NCBI GenBank assembly: GCA_951406725.2
Contig: OX597833.1
Coordinates: forward strand, 2,170,001 to 2,234,000
Reading direction: 5' to 3'
DNA: 64,000 bases
DNA from: Octopus vulgaris
Taxonomy: Eukaryota
The translations under genes were made by a program, and so were the position numbers. Below are positions 1-11,590 of this stretch, piece by piece. Numbering within the stretch: position 1 is the stretch's first letter; each line of letters begins with the position of its first letter. The notes below the pieces were generated by a model. It was not told the origin of the DNA. It saw nothing but the letters and a program-made list of their open reading frames with translations, and searched no databases.

Positions 1-699
1 TAACTGGTACTTAATTTATCGACCCCGAAAAGATGAAAGGCAAAGTCGACCACGGCGGAATTTGAACTCAGAACGTAAAGACAAACGAAATACCTATTTC
101 TATTTCTTTACTACCCACAAGGGGCTAAACACAGAGAGGACAAAAAAAGACAGACAAACGGATTAAATCGATTACATCGACCCCAGTGCGTAACTGGTAC
201 TTAATTTATCGACCCCGAAAGGATGAAAGGCAAAGTCGACCACGGCGGAATTTGAACTCAGAACGTAATGGCAGCCGAAATACTTATTTCTTTACTACGC
301 ACAAGGGGCTAAACGCAGAGGGGACAAACAAGGACAGACAAATGGATTAAGTCGATTACGTTGACCCCAGTGCGTAACTGCTACTTAATTTATCGACTCC
401 GAAAGGATGAAAGGCAAAGTCGACCTCGGCGGAATTTACACTCAGGACGTAGCAGCAGACGAAATACCTATTTCTTTATTACCCACAAGGGGCTAAACAC
501 AGAGGGGACAAACAAGGAGAGACATTGGTATTAAGTCGATTATATCGACCCCAGTGTGTAACTGGTACTTAATTTATCGACTCCGAAAGGATGAAAGGCA
601 AAGTCAACCTCTGCGGAATTTGAACTCAGAATGTAACGGCAGACGAAATACGGCTACGCATTTCGCCCGGCGTGCTAACGTTTCTGCCAGCTCGCCGCC
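1..699 (-). mobile_element. Tandem array (>=4 units, period ~184-190 bp) of tRNA-derived SINE-A, truncated by window start
   Basis: Marker TAACTG(G/C)TACTTAATTTATCGAC recurs at 1, 191, 375, 559; minus-strand head GGCGGCGAGCTGGCAGAAACGTTAG (A-box-like) and GAGTTCAAATTCC (B-box-like); core GCCTTTCATCCTTTCGGGGTCGATAAATTAAGTACC resembles the Meta-type SINE central domain. Confidence 0.9.
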
Positions 700-748
700 C
701 TGTGGCATATTTATAACTGCTACATTAAATATAATAGGATGGAGTACG

Positions 749-917
749 AAGGCGGTGAGCTGACGGAATCTTTAGGACGCCGGACAAAATGTTTAACGGC
801 ATTTCATTCGTCATTACGTTGTGAGTTCTAATTCTTCTTGTGGTCGACATTGCCTTTCATCGTTTAGGGGCTTTATAAAATAAGTGTCCGTTGAGCACGA
901 GGGTCGATGTAAACGAC
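749..917 (+). mobile_element. Degenerate SINE-A copy
   Basis: AAGGCGGTGAGCTGACGGAATC...GTCGACATTGCCTTTCATC, homologous to SINE-A head and core. Confidence 0.8.
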
Positions 918-988
918 ACACCAGCATTGGTTGTGAAGCGATGGTGGTGGTGGTGGTGCTGGGGACAAATACAGACACAAAGACTCGC

Positions 989-1037
<49 letters not shown>

Positions 1038-1040
<3 letters not shown>

Positions 1041-1262
1041 TCTTTTACTCTTTTACTTGTTTCAGTCATTTGATTGCGGCCATGCTGCAGCACCGCCTTT
1101 AGTCGAGCAACTCGACCCCGGGACTTATTCTTTGTATGCCCAGTACTTATTGTATCGGTCTCTTTTGCCGAACCGCTAAGTGACGGGGACATAAACACAC
1201 CATCATCGGTTGTCAAGCAATGCTAGGGGGACAAACACACACACAAACATACATAGACATAT

Positions 1263-1328
<66 letters not shown>

Positions 1329-1490
1329 GACAGGATTCTTTCAGTTTCCATCTATCAAATCCACTCACAAGGCATTGGTCGGCCCGGGGCTATAGCAGAA
1401 GACACTTGCCCAAGATGCCACGCAGTGGGACTGAACCCGGAACCATGTGGTTGATAAGCAAGCTACTTACCACACAGCCACTCCTGCGCC

Positions 1491-1491
<1 letters not shown>
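1038..1491 (-). mobile_element. Full-length SINE-B (tRNA-like head, internal microsatellite, AAGAGTAA tail repeats)
   Basis: Minus strand AGGCGCAGGAGTGGCTGTGTGGTAAG...GGGTTCAGTCCC (A/B boxes), CORE-like CTTGGGCAAGTGTCTT, internal (TA)n, tail GAAACAAGTAAAAGAGTAAAAGAG. Confidence 0.9.
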
Positions 1492-1525
<34 letters not shown>

Positions 1526-1561
1526 GACATACTTCCTTCAGTTTCCGTCTAAGAAATCTAC

Positions 1562-1721
1562 TCGTCAACGGAAACAATTCTATGTAAATTGGACATCTCC
1601 TATACTCATTTAAATGTATGTGTGTGTATACATACACGCACACACACATACGCGCGCACGCACATGCATTTAAATGAGTATAGGAGATGTCAAATTCACA
1701 TAGAATTGTTTCCGCAGACGA
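1562..1721. repeat. Imperfect inverted repeat (~60 bp arms) around a CA/TG-rich spacer
   Basis: CGGAAACAATTCTATGTAAATTGGACATCTCCTATACTCATTTAAATG versus CATTTAAATGAGTATAGGAGATGTCAAATTCACATAGAATTGTTTCCG. Confidence 0.85.
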
Positions 1722-1953
1722 ACGCTATTTTTGTACCATTTCTCCAATAATATTATGGAATCCATACCTGAGAGTTGTGTAGACATCCTATTTAGATGAA
1801 TCCAAGTCTTACGGATCTCCGTTTAATTTTACAATTCTACGCTAGCTAAGATCCGGCATGATGTGATAATGAGGTGATAGCCGGCAGAATTATCATAGTC
1901 TCTGTATATATATGTATATGAGTAGACCGATCTATCTATCTATTTTTCTATCA

Positions 1954-2016
<63 letters not shown>

Positions 2017-2017
2017 A

Positions 2018-2078
<61 letters not shown>

Positions 2079-2079
<1 letters not shown>

Positions 2080-3090
2080 AGGGGTTTAGTGGAGGGGAGG
2101 TACGACGACGAGCTCGGGGCGAACCTGGACGTCGACGAGGAGTACCTGACCCGCCTGTTCAGGACGACTTTCGGGCCAGGGCCCATGGACAACTTCCAGA
2201 GATCCCTGGCCTGGCAGTGCTACCGAGAAGCGCTACCCGTTCGGGATAAGCTCTACAGACACGGCTCGAGAAACACGGGGCCGACCTGCCCGAGATGCGG
2301 TCAGAGCGACGAAACCGTTCTGCACGCACTCGTTCAGTGTCCAACAATTTCCGACCTGTGGGCTTATGTCGAACAACTGCTGTCACGTGTGGGACGAGTC
2401 GGTTTATCAGCTGAGTCTATCGTCAATATTGTCACGCCTCCTTCCTTCAAACGGGAAGGAAGAGCTATTTTCATCATCCTTGTGGCTATGGCGAAAGAAT
2501 GTATCTGGTGGACGCGTCTGAAAGGATTGGAGACAAACACTTTCCTCTCTGGTCAATCTCTCATCAACTTCTTCAAGTACCACTTGAAAAGGAAAGTGAG
2601 AGTAGAGAGGCAAGTTTTGTCTAGCGAATGTTTTAAAAAAAGATGGGTGAATGTAGCAAGAATGGCACGTATGAATGACGAAGCCACCTTGAGCATAGTC
2701 CTATGAACCCAGAAATCGAAAACAGAGAGTTGCTTATTTGCAAAAAAAAAAAAAAAAAGAAATATAAAATGTGACATCATTGACCGAGGTTACCGTGGTC
2801 TTTTCCGTAGGCTTTTCTTTGCACGGGTAAACCTCACCTGTCCTCCCCTTTACACTTCATATTGACATTTCTGTGATAACGATCCCTATTGATCAATTTT
2901 TTTTTCTCTCCCCCTTTTTTTTTAACCCCCCTTTTTTGTCCTCTTTCTCTCCTTTTACGATCCCTTTTGATCGAAACTCCCCCTTCCTTTTTTTTTTTTT
3001 TTTTTTTTCTTTCTTAAACCTTCAAAAGAAAAGCTCTACCTTGTAATTTGTTCTATCTGTGTGCAGCCCTATGTGGCTAATAAAGAAACA
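2079..3090 (+). mobile_element. 5'-truncated Tx1/L1-type non-LTR retrotransposon (ORF2 C-terminus with zinc knuckle plus 3' UTR), copy 1
   Basis: Open frame 2079-2706 with W..YREALPV, CPRCGQSDETVLHALVQC (zf-RVT-like C-x2-C-x8-H-x4-C), AKECIWWTR and FKKRW; T/C-rich 3' UTR ending AATAAAGAAAC. Confidence 0.88.
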
Positions 3091-3166
<76 letters not shown>

Positions 3167-3171
3167 AATCA

Positions 3172-3218
<47 letters not shown>

Positions 3219-3219
3219 A

Positions 3220-3298
<79 letters not shown>

Positions 3299-3299
3299 A

Positions 3300-3342
<43 letters not shown>

Positions 3343-4042
3343 GTCAATATTGTCACGCCTGCTGAGTCTATCGTCAATATTGTCACGCCTCCTTCCTTCA
3401 AACGGGAAGGAAGAGCTATTTTCATCATCCTTGTGGCTATGGCGAAAGAATGTATCTGGTGGACGCGTCTGAAAGGATTGGAGACAAACACTTTCCTCTC
3501 TGGTCAATCTCTCATCAACTTCTTCAAGTACCACTTGAAAAGGAAAGTGAGAGTAGAGAGGCAAGTTTTGTCTAGCGAATGTTTTAAAAAAAGATGGGTG
3601 AATGTAGCAAGAATGGCACGTATGAATGACGAAGCCACCTTGAGCATAGTCCTATGAACCCAGAAATCGAAAACAGAGAGTTGCTTATTTGCAAAAAAAA
3701 AAAAAAAAAAAAAAAAGAAATATAAAATGTGACTTCATTGACCGAGGTTACCGTGGTCTTTTCCGTAGGCTTTTCTTTCCACGGGTAAACCTCACCTGTC
3801 CTCCCCTTTACACTTCATATTGACATTTCTGTGATAACGATCCCTATTGATCAATTTTTTTTTCTCTCCCCCTTTTTTTTTAACCCCCTTTTTTTGTCCT
3901 CTTTCTCTCCTTTTACGATCCCTTTTGATCGAAACTCCCCCTTCCTTTTTTTTTTTTTTTTTTTTTTAAACCTTCAAAAGAAAAGCTCTACCTTGTAATT
4001 TGTTCTATCTGTGTGTAGCCCTGTGTGGCTAATAAAGAAACA
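3343..4042 (+). mobile_element. Second, more 5'-truncated copy of the same Tx1/L1-type element
   Basis: Near-identical to 2410-3090 (a few substitutions and homopolymer length differences); same 3' end AATAAAGAAACATATCTATC. Confidence 0.9.
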
Positions 4043-4101
4043 TATCTATCTGTCTGTCTGTCTGTCTATCTGTCTACCTAACTATCTGTCTGTCTGCCTA
4101 C

Positions 4102-4159
<58 letters not shown>

Positions 4160-4160
4160 G

Positions 4161-4191
<31 letters not shown>

Positions 4192-4205
4192 GTCTGTCTA
4201 TCTAA

Positions 4206-4287
<82 letters not shown>

Positions 4288-4454
4288 GTATGTATTGATA
4301 TATGTATATGTATAAATGTAGTTATAATAAATGTAACACATTGCCTAGAAAACCGTAAAGTTCGCCATAGCAAGATGAAGGATGATCTGAAAGAATACGA
4401 AATTAGCGAAGCTTTGATGTTCTAAGATAATATCATGCACGCACACGCACACGT

Positions 4455-4499
<45 letters not shown>

Positions 4500-5007
4500 C
4501 AGAAGCTCGCACGTTATTAGCATGGAGTGATAAATATGTTTAGAAGTCAGATATTTATAAATACCTCAATACAAACATAAAGCATAACGGATACGCACAC
4601 ACACACACACACACGCACTCTCTCACACACGCACTCACACACGCACACACATCCCCCCATATATGCGTAGACAAACATATTTAGACTTACGTATGTTTAT
4701 ATATAGATCTCTATTTATAGACACACATACATAGACACACACAAATATATACGTGCATGAATTTGCGTGTATCTATGTGTGAGCGTCTGAGCATGTTGTG
4801 TGTGTGTATGTGTGTGTGTGTGTGTATGTGTGTGTGCGTGCGTGTGTGAGAATTTAGTAGCCATTAGTACATCCGCACCACGCTGGTTTCCAGATATTTG
4901 GTTGGACAGAGCGAACTTTGGCGCTCTTCCAAACCGTTTGAGGAAGTCAGAGACGAAATGGCAGAGCGGCGTGTGTCTGCATGGGATTACGTCTCTCTCC
5001 CTCTCTG

Positions 5008-5536
<529 letters not shown>

Positions 5537-5759
5537 TGTGGTTGTAGTGCACTTATGGTGGATCTTCAAAGAGGGTCGGTTAGCCATATTCAGTTATGGG
5601 ACGAAGGGGGAGCCATTGAGGGTGGCAATGCTGCAAAACCATGTTCTGGATACGCGCATTCACATAGAACATGCGCTCACGCATACACACACACACAAGC
5701 ACGCACACTCAACCACTGTCACACGTACAATTTCACATATTTGAAAATATAAGCAAATA

Positions 5760-5794
<35 letters not shown>

Positions 5795-5805
5795 GCACGC
5801 ACATA

Positions 5806-6175
5806 TACTATTTTACTCTTCTACTCTTACTGGTTTCAGTCATGTGACTGCGGCTGTGCTGGAGCACCGCCTTTTAGTCGAGCAGATCGATACCAGGACT
5901 TATTCTATTGGTCTCTTTTGCCGAACCACTAACTTACGGGTACGTAAACACATCATCATCGGTTGTGAAGCGATGTTGGTGGGGGGCCGAACACAGACAC
6001 ACACTTTCATATATATGCAAATATACGACGGGCTTCATTCAGTTTCCGTCTATCAAATCCTCTCACAAGGCTTTAGTCGACCCGAGGCTATAGTAGAAGA
6101 CACTTGCCCAAGGTAGCACGCAGGTACCATGCGGTTGGTAAGCAAGCTACTTACGACACAGCCACTCCTACGCCT
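5806..6175 (-). mobile_element. SINE-B copy with internal deletions
   Basis: Homology to 1038-1491 from tail to head. Confidence 0.88.
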
Positions 6176-6237
6176 ATACGTATATATATATATAGAGATA
6201 GTTAGATAGATAGATAGATAAATAGATAGATAGATAA

Positions 6238-6270
<33 letters not shown>

Positions 6271-6317
6271 CATACACACACACATATTCGCCATGATAGA
6301 TATGCTAGTCACTACAC

Positions 6318-6476
6318 ATTTTTAATTTTCTCTCCTTGTTTCTTTCTGTGTTCCTTCCTGTGGAAGAGCGTAGGCTCGAAATGTTAAAGACTTTCCAACT
6401 TCTCAAGCGTTAAACTAATTCATCTATTTGTTGTCTACGTCTTTTGTTTTTTTGTGTGTGTGTGAAATCTCCCCTA
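6318..6476 (+). mobile_element. Penelope-like terminal-repeat fragment with degenerate hammerhead motif (6354-6389)
   Basis: CTGTGGA-A-GAGC GTAG GCTC-GAAAT-GTT; homologous to 6884-7063 and 15229-15440; ends at (TA)n. Confidence 0.6.
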
Positions 6477-6574
6477 TATATATATATATGCATGTATGTA
6501 TGTATGTATGTATGTATGTATGTATGTATGTATGTATGTATGTATGTATGTATGTACATACGCACTAACTTTTA

Positions 6575-6840
6575 ACGGAAGTTGAGCAGAGAATATGCAT
6601 CAAATTTTGCCAAAATCTTGGTGATACCGGGTCAGAGGCCTACACAAAGTTTTCAAAAAGTCTTCATCGTTCTCGACCCAATCGAGATCTTGTACGACCT
6701 GAACCCGATTGTATTTTGGGTCAGCTGAAACAGTTTCGGCACGAACTCTGAAGACACGCGTTTCATACACAAATCCTTAGTGATAACGGACTGAGCTTCG
6801 TTACTATAGCGGCTGTCCGGATAGTTATTGTTCAGACCTC

Positions 6841-6843
<3 letters not shown>
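6575..6843. mobile_element. Rearranged mariner transposon remnant
   Basis: Plus strand EQRICIKFCQNLGDTGSEAY (mariner N-terminal HTH); minus strand QSVITKDLCMKRVSSEFVPKL (WVPR/FVPK linker); minus-strand TIR-like TACGAGGTCTGAACAATAACTATCCGGAC starting at a TA (6843). Confidence 0.8.
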
Positions 6844-6883
<40 letters not shown>

Positions 6884-6884
<1 letters not shown>

Positions 6885-7055
6885 CGGGAAAGTTTACGAA
6901 AATAAACAAAAGACGAAGGCAGGTGGAGTACAAACAAACAAATGTATTAGTATGGCGCTCAGGAATAGAAATAGAAAAAGTATTTTATGTTTCGAGCCTA
7001 CGCTCTTCGACAGAAAGATACACAGAAAAAAAACAAGGAGAGGAACAAGGAGAGA

Positions 7056-7063
<8 letters not shown>
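6884..7063 (-). mobile_element. Penelope-like terminal-repeat fragment with hammerhead motif (6981-7017)
   Basis: Minus strand CTTT-CTGTCGA-A-GAGC GTAG GCTC-GAAAC-ATA-AAA; flanked by (TA)n on both sides. Confidence 0.65.
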
Positions 7064-7094
<31 letters not shown>

Positions 7095-7096
7095 TA

Positions 7097-7248
7097 GTGG
7101 CTGCATGGTATGAAGCTCGCTACCAGCCACATGGTTCCAGGTTCAGTCTTTTTGCATAGCACCTTGGGCAATTGTCTTCTACTAGGGTCATGGGCCGACC
7201 AAAGCTTTGCTAATGGAGTTGATAGACGGAAACGGAAAGAAGCCTGCC

Positions 7249-7252
<4 letters not shown>
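7097..7252 (+). mobile_element. SINE-B head-only fragment
   Basis: GTGGCTGCATGGTATG...CACCTTGGGCAA...AAAGAAGCCTGCCG followed by (TA)n. Confidence 0.8.
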
Positions 7253-7305
<53 letters not shown>

Positions 7306-7391
7306 AGATAGGTACACACACACATCTCTATACTGCTCTGACAATCAATCGAACTATCAATCTACCAATCAAGGCAAGCAAGCGATCACTC

Positions 7392-7456
<65 letters not shown>

Positions 7457-7917
7457 CCTACCTGTCTATCTATCTTCCTCACTAAATCCTATCTATATTT
7501 CTTTTTTCCTTCCTATATTTCCTCTCCCACTCTCTGTCTCTCTCTTTCGCCTTTTTCCTTATGTTTCTCTCTCTTCTCCTATATTCGTCTTGCTCTTTTC
7601 TTCCTCTTTCTATGCCCTTCTATATATTGTCTTCATTTCTCCCCCTCTTACACTCCTTCTCTATCCATAATCCTTCTATTCCTCCCCCCACCTCTCTCTC
7701 ACGTTCTCTCTCTCTCTCGTGCCATATCTTCGTCTCTCCTCGTCACCCTCTTTCTCCACTTCCTCCCTGTTGCTCTCCCTCTCCCTCTGTCAATTCAGAC
7801 ACGCCACACTCTGTAATAAATACCTGATTTGCCAGGATCTTGGTCATGATTGCATCAAAGACGAAATCGATATTGCATCATGACAGCAGTCACGTGTTCT
7901 ACTCAGAATAGAGCAAA

Positions 7918-8660
7918 TTGTGGTGGTGGTGGTGGTGGTGGTGGTGGTGGTGGTGGTGAGGTTGTAGCGCTTATGGTGAATGAGGTGTTGTGATGATAAT
8001 GGTGTTGGTGGTAGCTATGGTGGTGATGTTGGAGTTGGCAGTGGTGATGGTGGTGTTGTTGGTGGTGGTTGTGGTAGTTATGGTGGTGGTGGTGATGTTG
8101 GTGTTGGCGGTATTGGTGGTGGTGGTGGTGGACAGGTGATGGTGTTGGTGATGTTGGTGTTCGCAGTGGTGGTAGTGGTGGTGGTGTTGTTGTCGGTGGT
8201 GGTAGTTATGGTGGTGGTGGTGATGTTGGTGTTGGCGGTGTGGGTGGTGGTGGTGATGGTGGTTGCGACGGTGGTGGTGGTAGTGGTGGTGGCGATGGTG
8301 TTTTTGTTGGTGATGGTGGTAGCTATGGTGTTGGTGGTGGTGGTGGTGGCTATGAAGCTGAAGATTTAAATGTTGCTGATGTTATTGTTGTTGCAGTAAT
8401 GGCAATGGCGATGGCAATGGTGGTAGTATAGATTGTGATGGCGATGGTGATGCTAATGGTGTAGTTAGTGGTATTTGTGGTGATGGAGGTACGGGTAATA
8501 GTATTGGTGGTAGTAATAATGTTGTGGCCGTGTTAGTGGAAATTGTGCTTTTGGTGTTGCTGCTGTTATTTTTGGTAGTGGTGGTGGTGGTGGTGGTGGT
8601 GGTGGTGGTGGTGGTGGTGACGGCGATGTTTAGCCTGATGTTTATGGTGGTTATATTAAC

Positions 8661-8719
<59 letters not shown>

Positions 8720-8835
8720 CAGCAATGGTAGCTGACTTGATGGTAGCCGTTTAGTTATAATCTTGGCGGCGGCGGCTGCGGCGGCGGTGGTGGATGTGGC
8801 GGTGGTATTTGTGATGGTAGCGGTTGCGCCGTGGT
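7918..8835. repeat. GGT/GTA-rich trinucleotide low-complexity region
   Basis: (GGT)n and (GTA)n tracts with degenerate variants. Confidence 0.9.
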
Positions 8836-9064
8836 ACTTAAAGTAGCTGATTAAATAGTATAAAAAAAACAACAACAACACAAAAAATAAGCTACAAAAC
8901 AAAGCAAAAAAATTAATAATAATCTCGTCTATACACTTAAATATGTCCGCCATATCTCTTTTTTGATTCCTCCGCTTCATCTTTCTCCATCCCTGGATCT
9001 CTCTTTTCTCTTTCCATCTGTCTTATCTCTCTCTTGCTTGTTTCCCTCTTTCTCGTATCACCTC

Positions 9065-9154
<90 letters not shown>

Positions 9155-9186
9155 ACTATATATATACCTATATATATATATGTGTA

Positions 9187-9272
<86 letters not shown>

Positions 9273-9619
9273 CCGTTCTCTCAATAGAAGCTGCTTCACC
9301 GTTCAGTGCACTCTGTGAACTCTTTCATGTTATGATGGCAACAAGTTAGACCGGTGCCTGAGATTACGTTATGACGACATAACCACATATGTATATGTGT
9401 GTATACACATACACACACACGCACGCACGAACACATACACACACACGCACACACACATATATACATATACACACATAGACACATACTCATGCATAGACGT
9501 CTGTTATTATACGTACATACAATATATACCCATGTACGTATGTGTGTATACTTAGCACACACAAGCTTGCCTATATACTTACACATACACACACACACAC
9601 ACACGCAAATATATATATA

Positions 9620-9842
9620 TACTCTCTTTACTCTTTTACTTGTTTCAGTCATTTGACTGCGGCCATGCTGGAGCACCGCCTTTTAGTCGAGCAAACCGAC
9701 CCCAGGACTTATTCTTTGTAAGCCTACTACTTATTCTATCGATCTCTTTTGCCGAACCGCTAAGTAACGAGGACGTAAACACACCGGCATCGGTTGTCAA
9801 GCGATGTTGGGGGGACAAACACAGACACACAAACACACACAC

Positions 9843-9873
<31 letters not shown>

Positions 9874-9987
9874 CGACGGGCTTCTTTCAGTTTCCGTCTA
9901 CCAAACCCACTTACAAGGCTTTGGTCGGCCCGAGGCTATAGTAGAAGACACTTGCCCAAGGTGCCACGCAATGGGACTGAACTCGGA

Positions 9988-9990
<3 letters not shown>
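9620..9990 (-). mobile_element. SINE-B copy lacking its extreme 5' head
   Basis: Homology to SINE-B; interrupted at B-box region by (TA)n. Confidence 0.88.
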
Positions 9991-10015
<25 letters not shown>

Positions 10016-10018
<3 letters not shown>

Positions 10019-10050
10019 CGGGGTGGCCGAAATGTTGGTTTACTGTTATC
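10016..10050 (+). mobile_element. Possible Tc1/mariner TIR remnant
   Basis: TACGGGGTGGCCGAAATGTTGGTTTACTGTT directly after (TA)n resembles TA-CAGGGTG TIR starts. Confidence 0.35.
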
Positions 10051-10137
10051 GGGTTGGCACTTTAAATTTCTTTTAAAAACATTTTATTACACGGGCACAT
10101 GGCATAGTGGTTAAGAGCGCGGGCTACCAACCCCAAG

Positions 10138-10215
<78 letters not shown>

Positions 10216-10262
10216 TCAAAAAATACCTTAGGGATGAGAACCCAGGTTCAAATTTTCCCCAA

Positions 10263-10308
10263 GACACCTGATGAAGGCTGGAGGGTATATCAGCCGAAAC
10301 GTTGTGTT
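10263..10308 (+). ncRNA. Minimal type I hammerhead ribozyme motif within a Penelope-like repeat (10215-10368)
   Basis: Stem I GACAC/GUGUU, core CUGAUGA, extra A, stem II GGCUG/CAGCC, GAAAC, NUH triplet GUU; palindromic loopless stem III (AACGUU). Confidence 0.75.
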
Positions 10309-10532
10309 CACAGCAAACAAGATGAGGACAAATCTCCGTCAAATTTAAATAATGTACATACTTCCTCAAGTCTGAAAGATAGAACTGTATTTAAATTTCT
10401 GTCTTACAAACTGAGAAGGGAGCTTGACAAAATTAACTAAATTAGCTTAGAACGATGGTTTCATATTTGTTTATAATTAAACTCTAAATTGTTAATAAAT
10501 GCGAAAGAGATAGTTGAATAAACGTAAATCTA

Positions 10533-10585
<53 letters not shown>

Positions 10586-10629
10586 ACTGTATATATATAT
10601 CCAGTCAAATAATAATATACACTCGTTCA

Positions 10630-10832
10630 AAGGCGGCGAGCTGGCAGAATCGTTAGCACGCCGGGCGAAATGCTTAGCGGCATTTCGTCTGTCTTTACGT
10701 TCTGAGTTCAAATTCCTCCGAGGTCGACTTTGTCTTTCATCCTTTCGGGGTCGATAAATTAAGTACCAGTTGCGTACTAAGGTCGATCTAATAGACTGGT
10801 ACCTTCCCCCCAAATTTCGGGTCTTGTGCCTA
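10630..10832 (+). mobile_element. SINE-A monomer, tail type 2
   Basis: Full head and core, tail CCCCCAAATTTCGGGTCTTGTGCC. Confidence 0.9.
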
Positions 10833-10929
10833 TCATAACCAGATAATCTTGAAGGGAATGATGGTTTATCATTCCATATGTACCGAATTGTACCTCGATG
10901 GGATTTGATGTTGGTATGATGGTTAAGTA

Positions 10930-11150
10930 TGGAGGTGCAGTGCTTAGCGATTAAGGTTTTGCACTCATGATCGTAAGATTGTGGTTTCGATTCCAGGACT
11001 GGGCGATGTGTTGTGTTCTTGAGCGAAAAACTTCATCTCACGTTGCTCCCCTCCTCTCAGCTCGCCAAAATGGCTAACTCTGCGATAAACCAGCAGAATA
11101 ATATATATGACACAGAATCCAGGAAACAGGCCTCATGATATCGGATTAGG
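10930..11150 (+). mobile_element. SINE-C (CORE-type tRNA SINE), degenerate
   Basis: GGTTTCGATTCC B-box, GTGTTCTTGAGCGAAAAACTTCATCTCACGTTGCTCC core. Confidence 0.8.
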
Positions 11151-11368
11151 ACCTTCGATGCTCTATCTTTTATCTTGTTAATTAGGACAGTTTTGTCGCA
11201 TTTTGCCGTGGAAAAGTGTACCAGTCATATGTGACATTCAGTCTACACCATACAGTCATCTTGAAAACCTCCGCCATTCATCTATTCCATAAATTTACAC
11301 ACCTCAATCTGTGCTGAATCTACACATCGCCTTAATTTCTGCATCATACATCAAATATTCACCCGAGG

Positions 11369-11590
11369 TTAAGGTAAGCTGCTAGAATCGTTACCAAATT
11401 GGCAAGCTAGCAGAATCTTTAGCAACCCGACATTTCGTCCGTCGTTACATTCTGAAATCGAATTCGACCGGGGTCGACCTTGACTTTCATCCTTTTGGGG
11501 TCGATAAAGTACTGCTGTGTAGTGGGGTCGAGGAAATCGAATTCTGCCCTCCTCCCGACATTGTTGGCTTTGTGACAAAATTTGAAATCA
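11369..11590 (+). mobile_element. Degenerate SINE-A
   Basis: CATTTCGTCCGTCGTTACATTCTGA...CTTTCATCCTTTTGGGGTCGATAAAGTAC. Confidence 0.75.

Larger units (their letters stand above)
1930..4288. repeat. (TATC)n microsatellite split into three tracts by two LINE insertions
   Basis: TCTA tracts at ~1930-2078, 3091-3342 and 4043-4288. Confidence 0.95.

Noticed and set aside
1-699. CRISPR-like repeat array
   Set aside because: Whole ~185-bp units are homologous, there are no unique spacers or cas genes, and the context is a eukaryotic SINE
4848-4992. Unique island between microsatellites as a possible exon
   Set aside because: No convincing splice-site pair or recognisable peptide
7980-8431. Glycine-rich structural protein exon
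   Set aside because: Degenerate (GGT)n with frame-breaking stops and no clear splice signals
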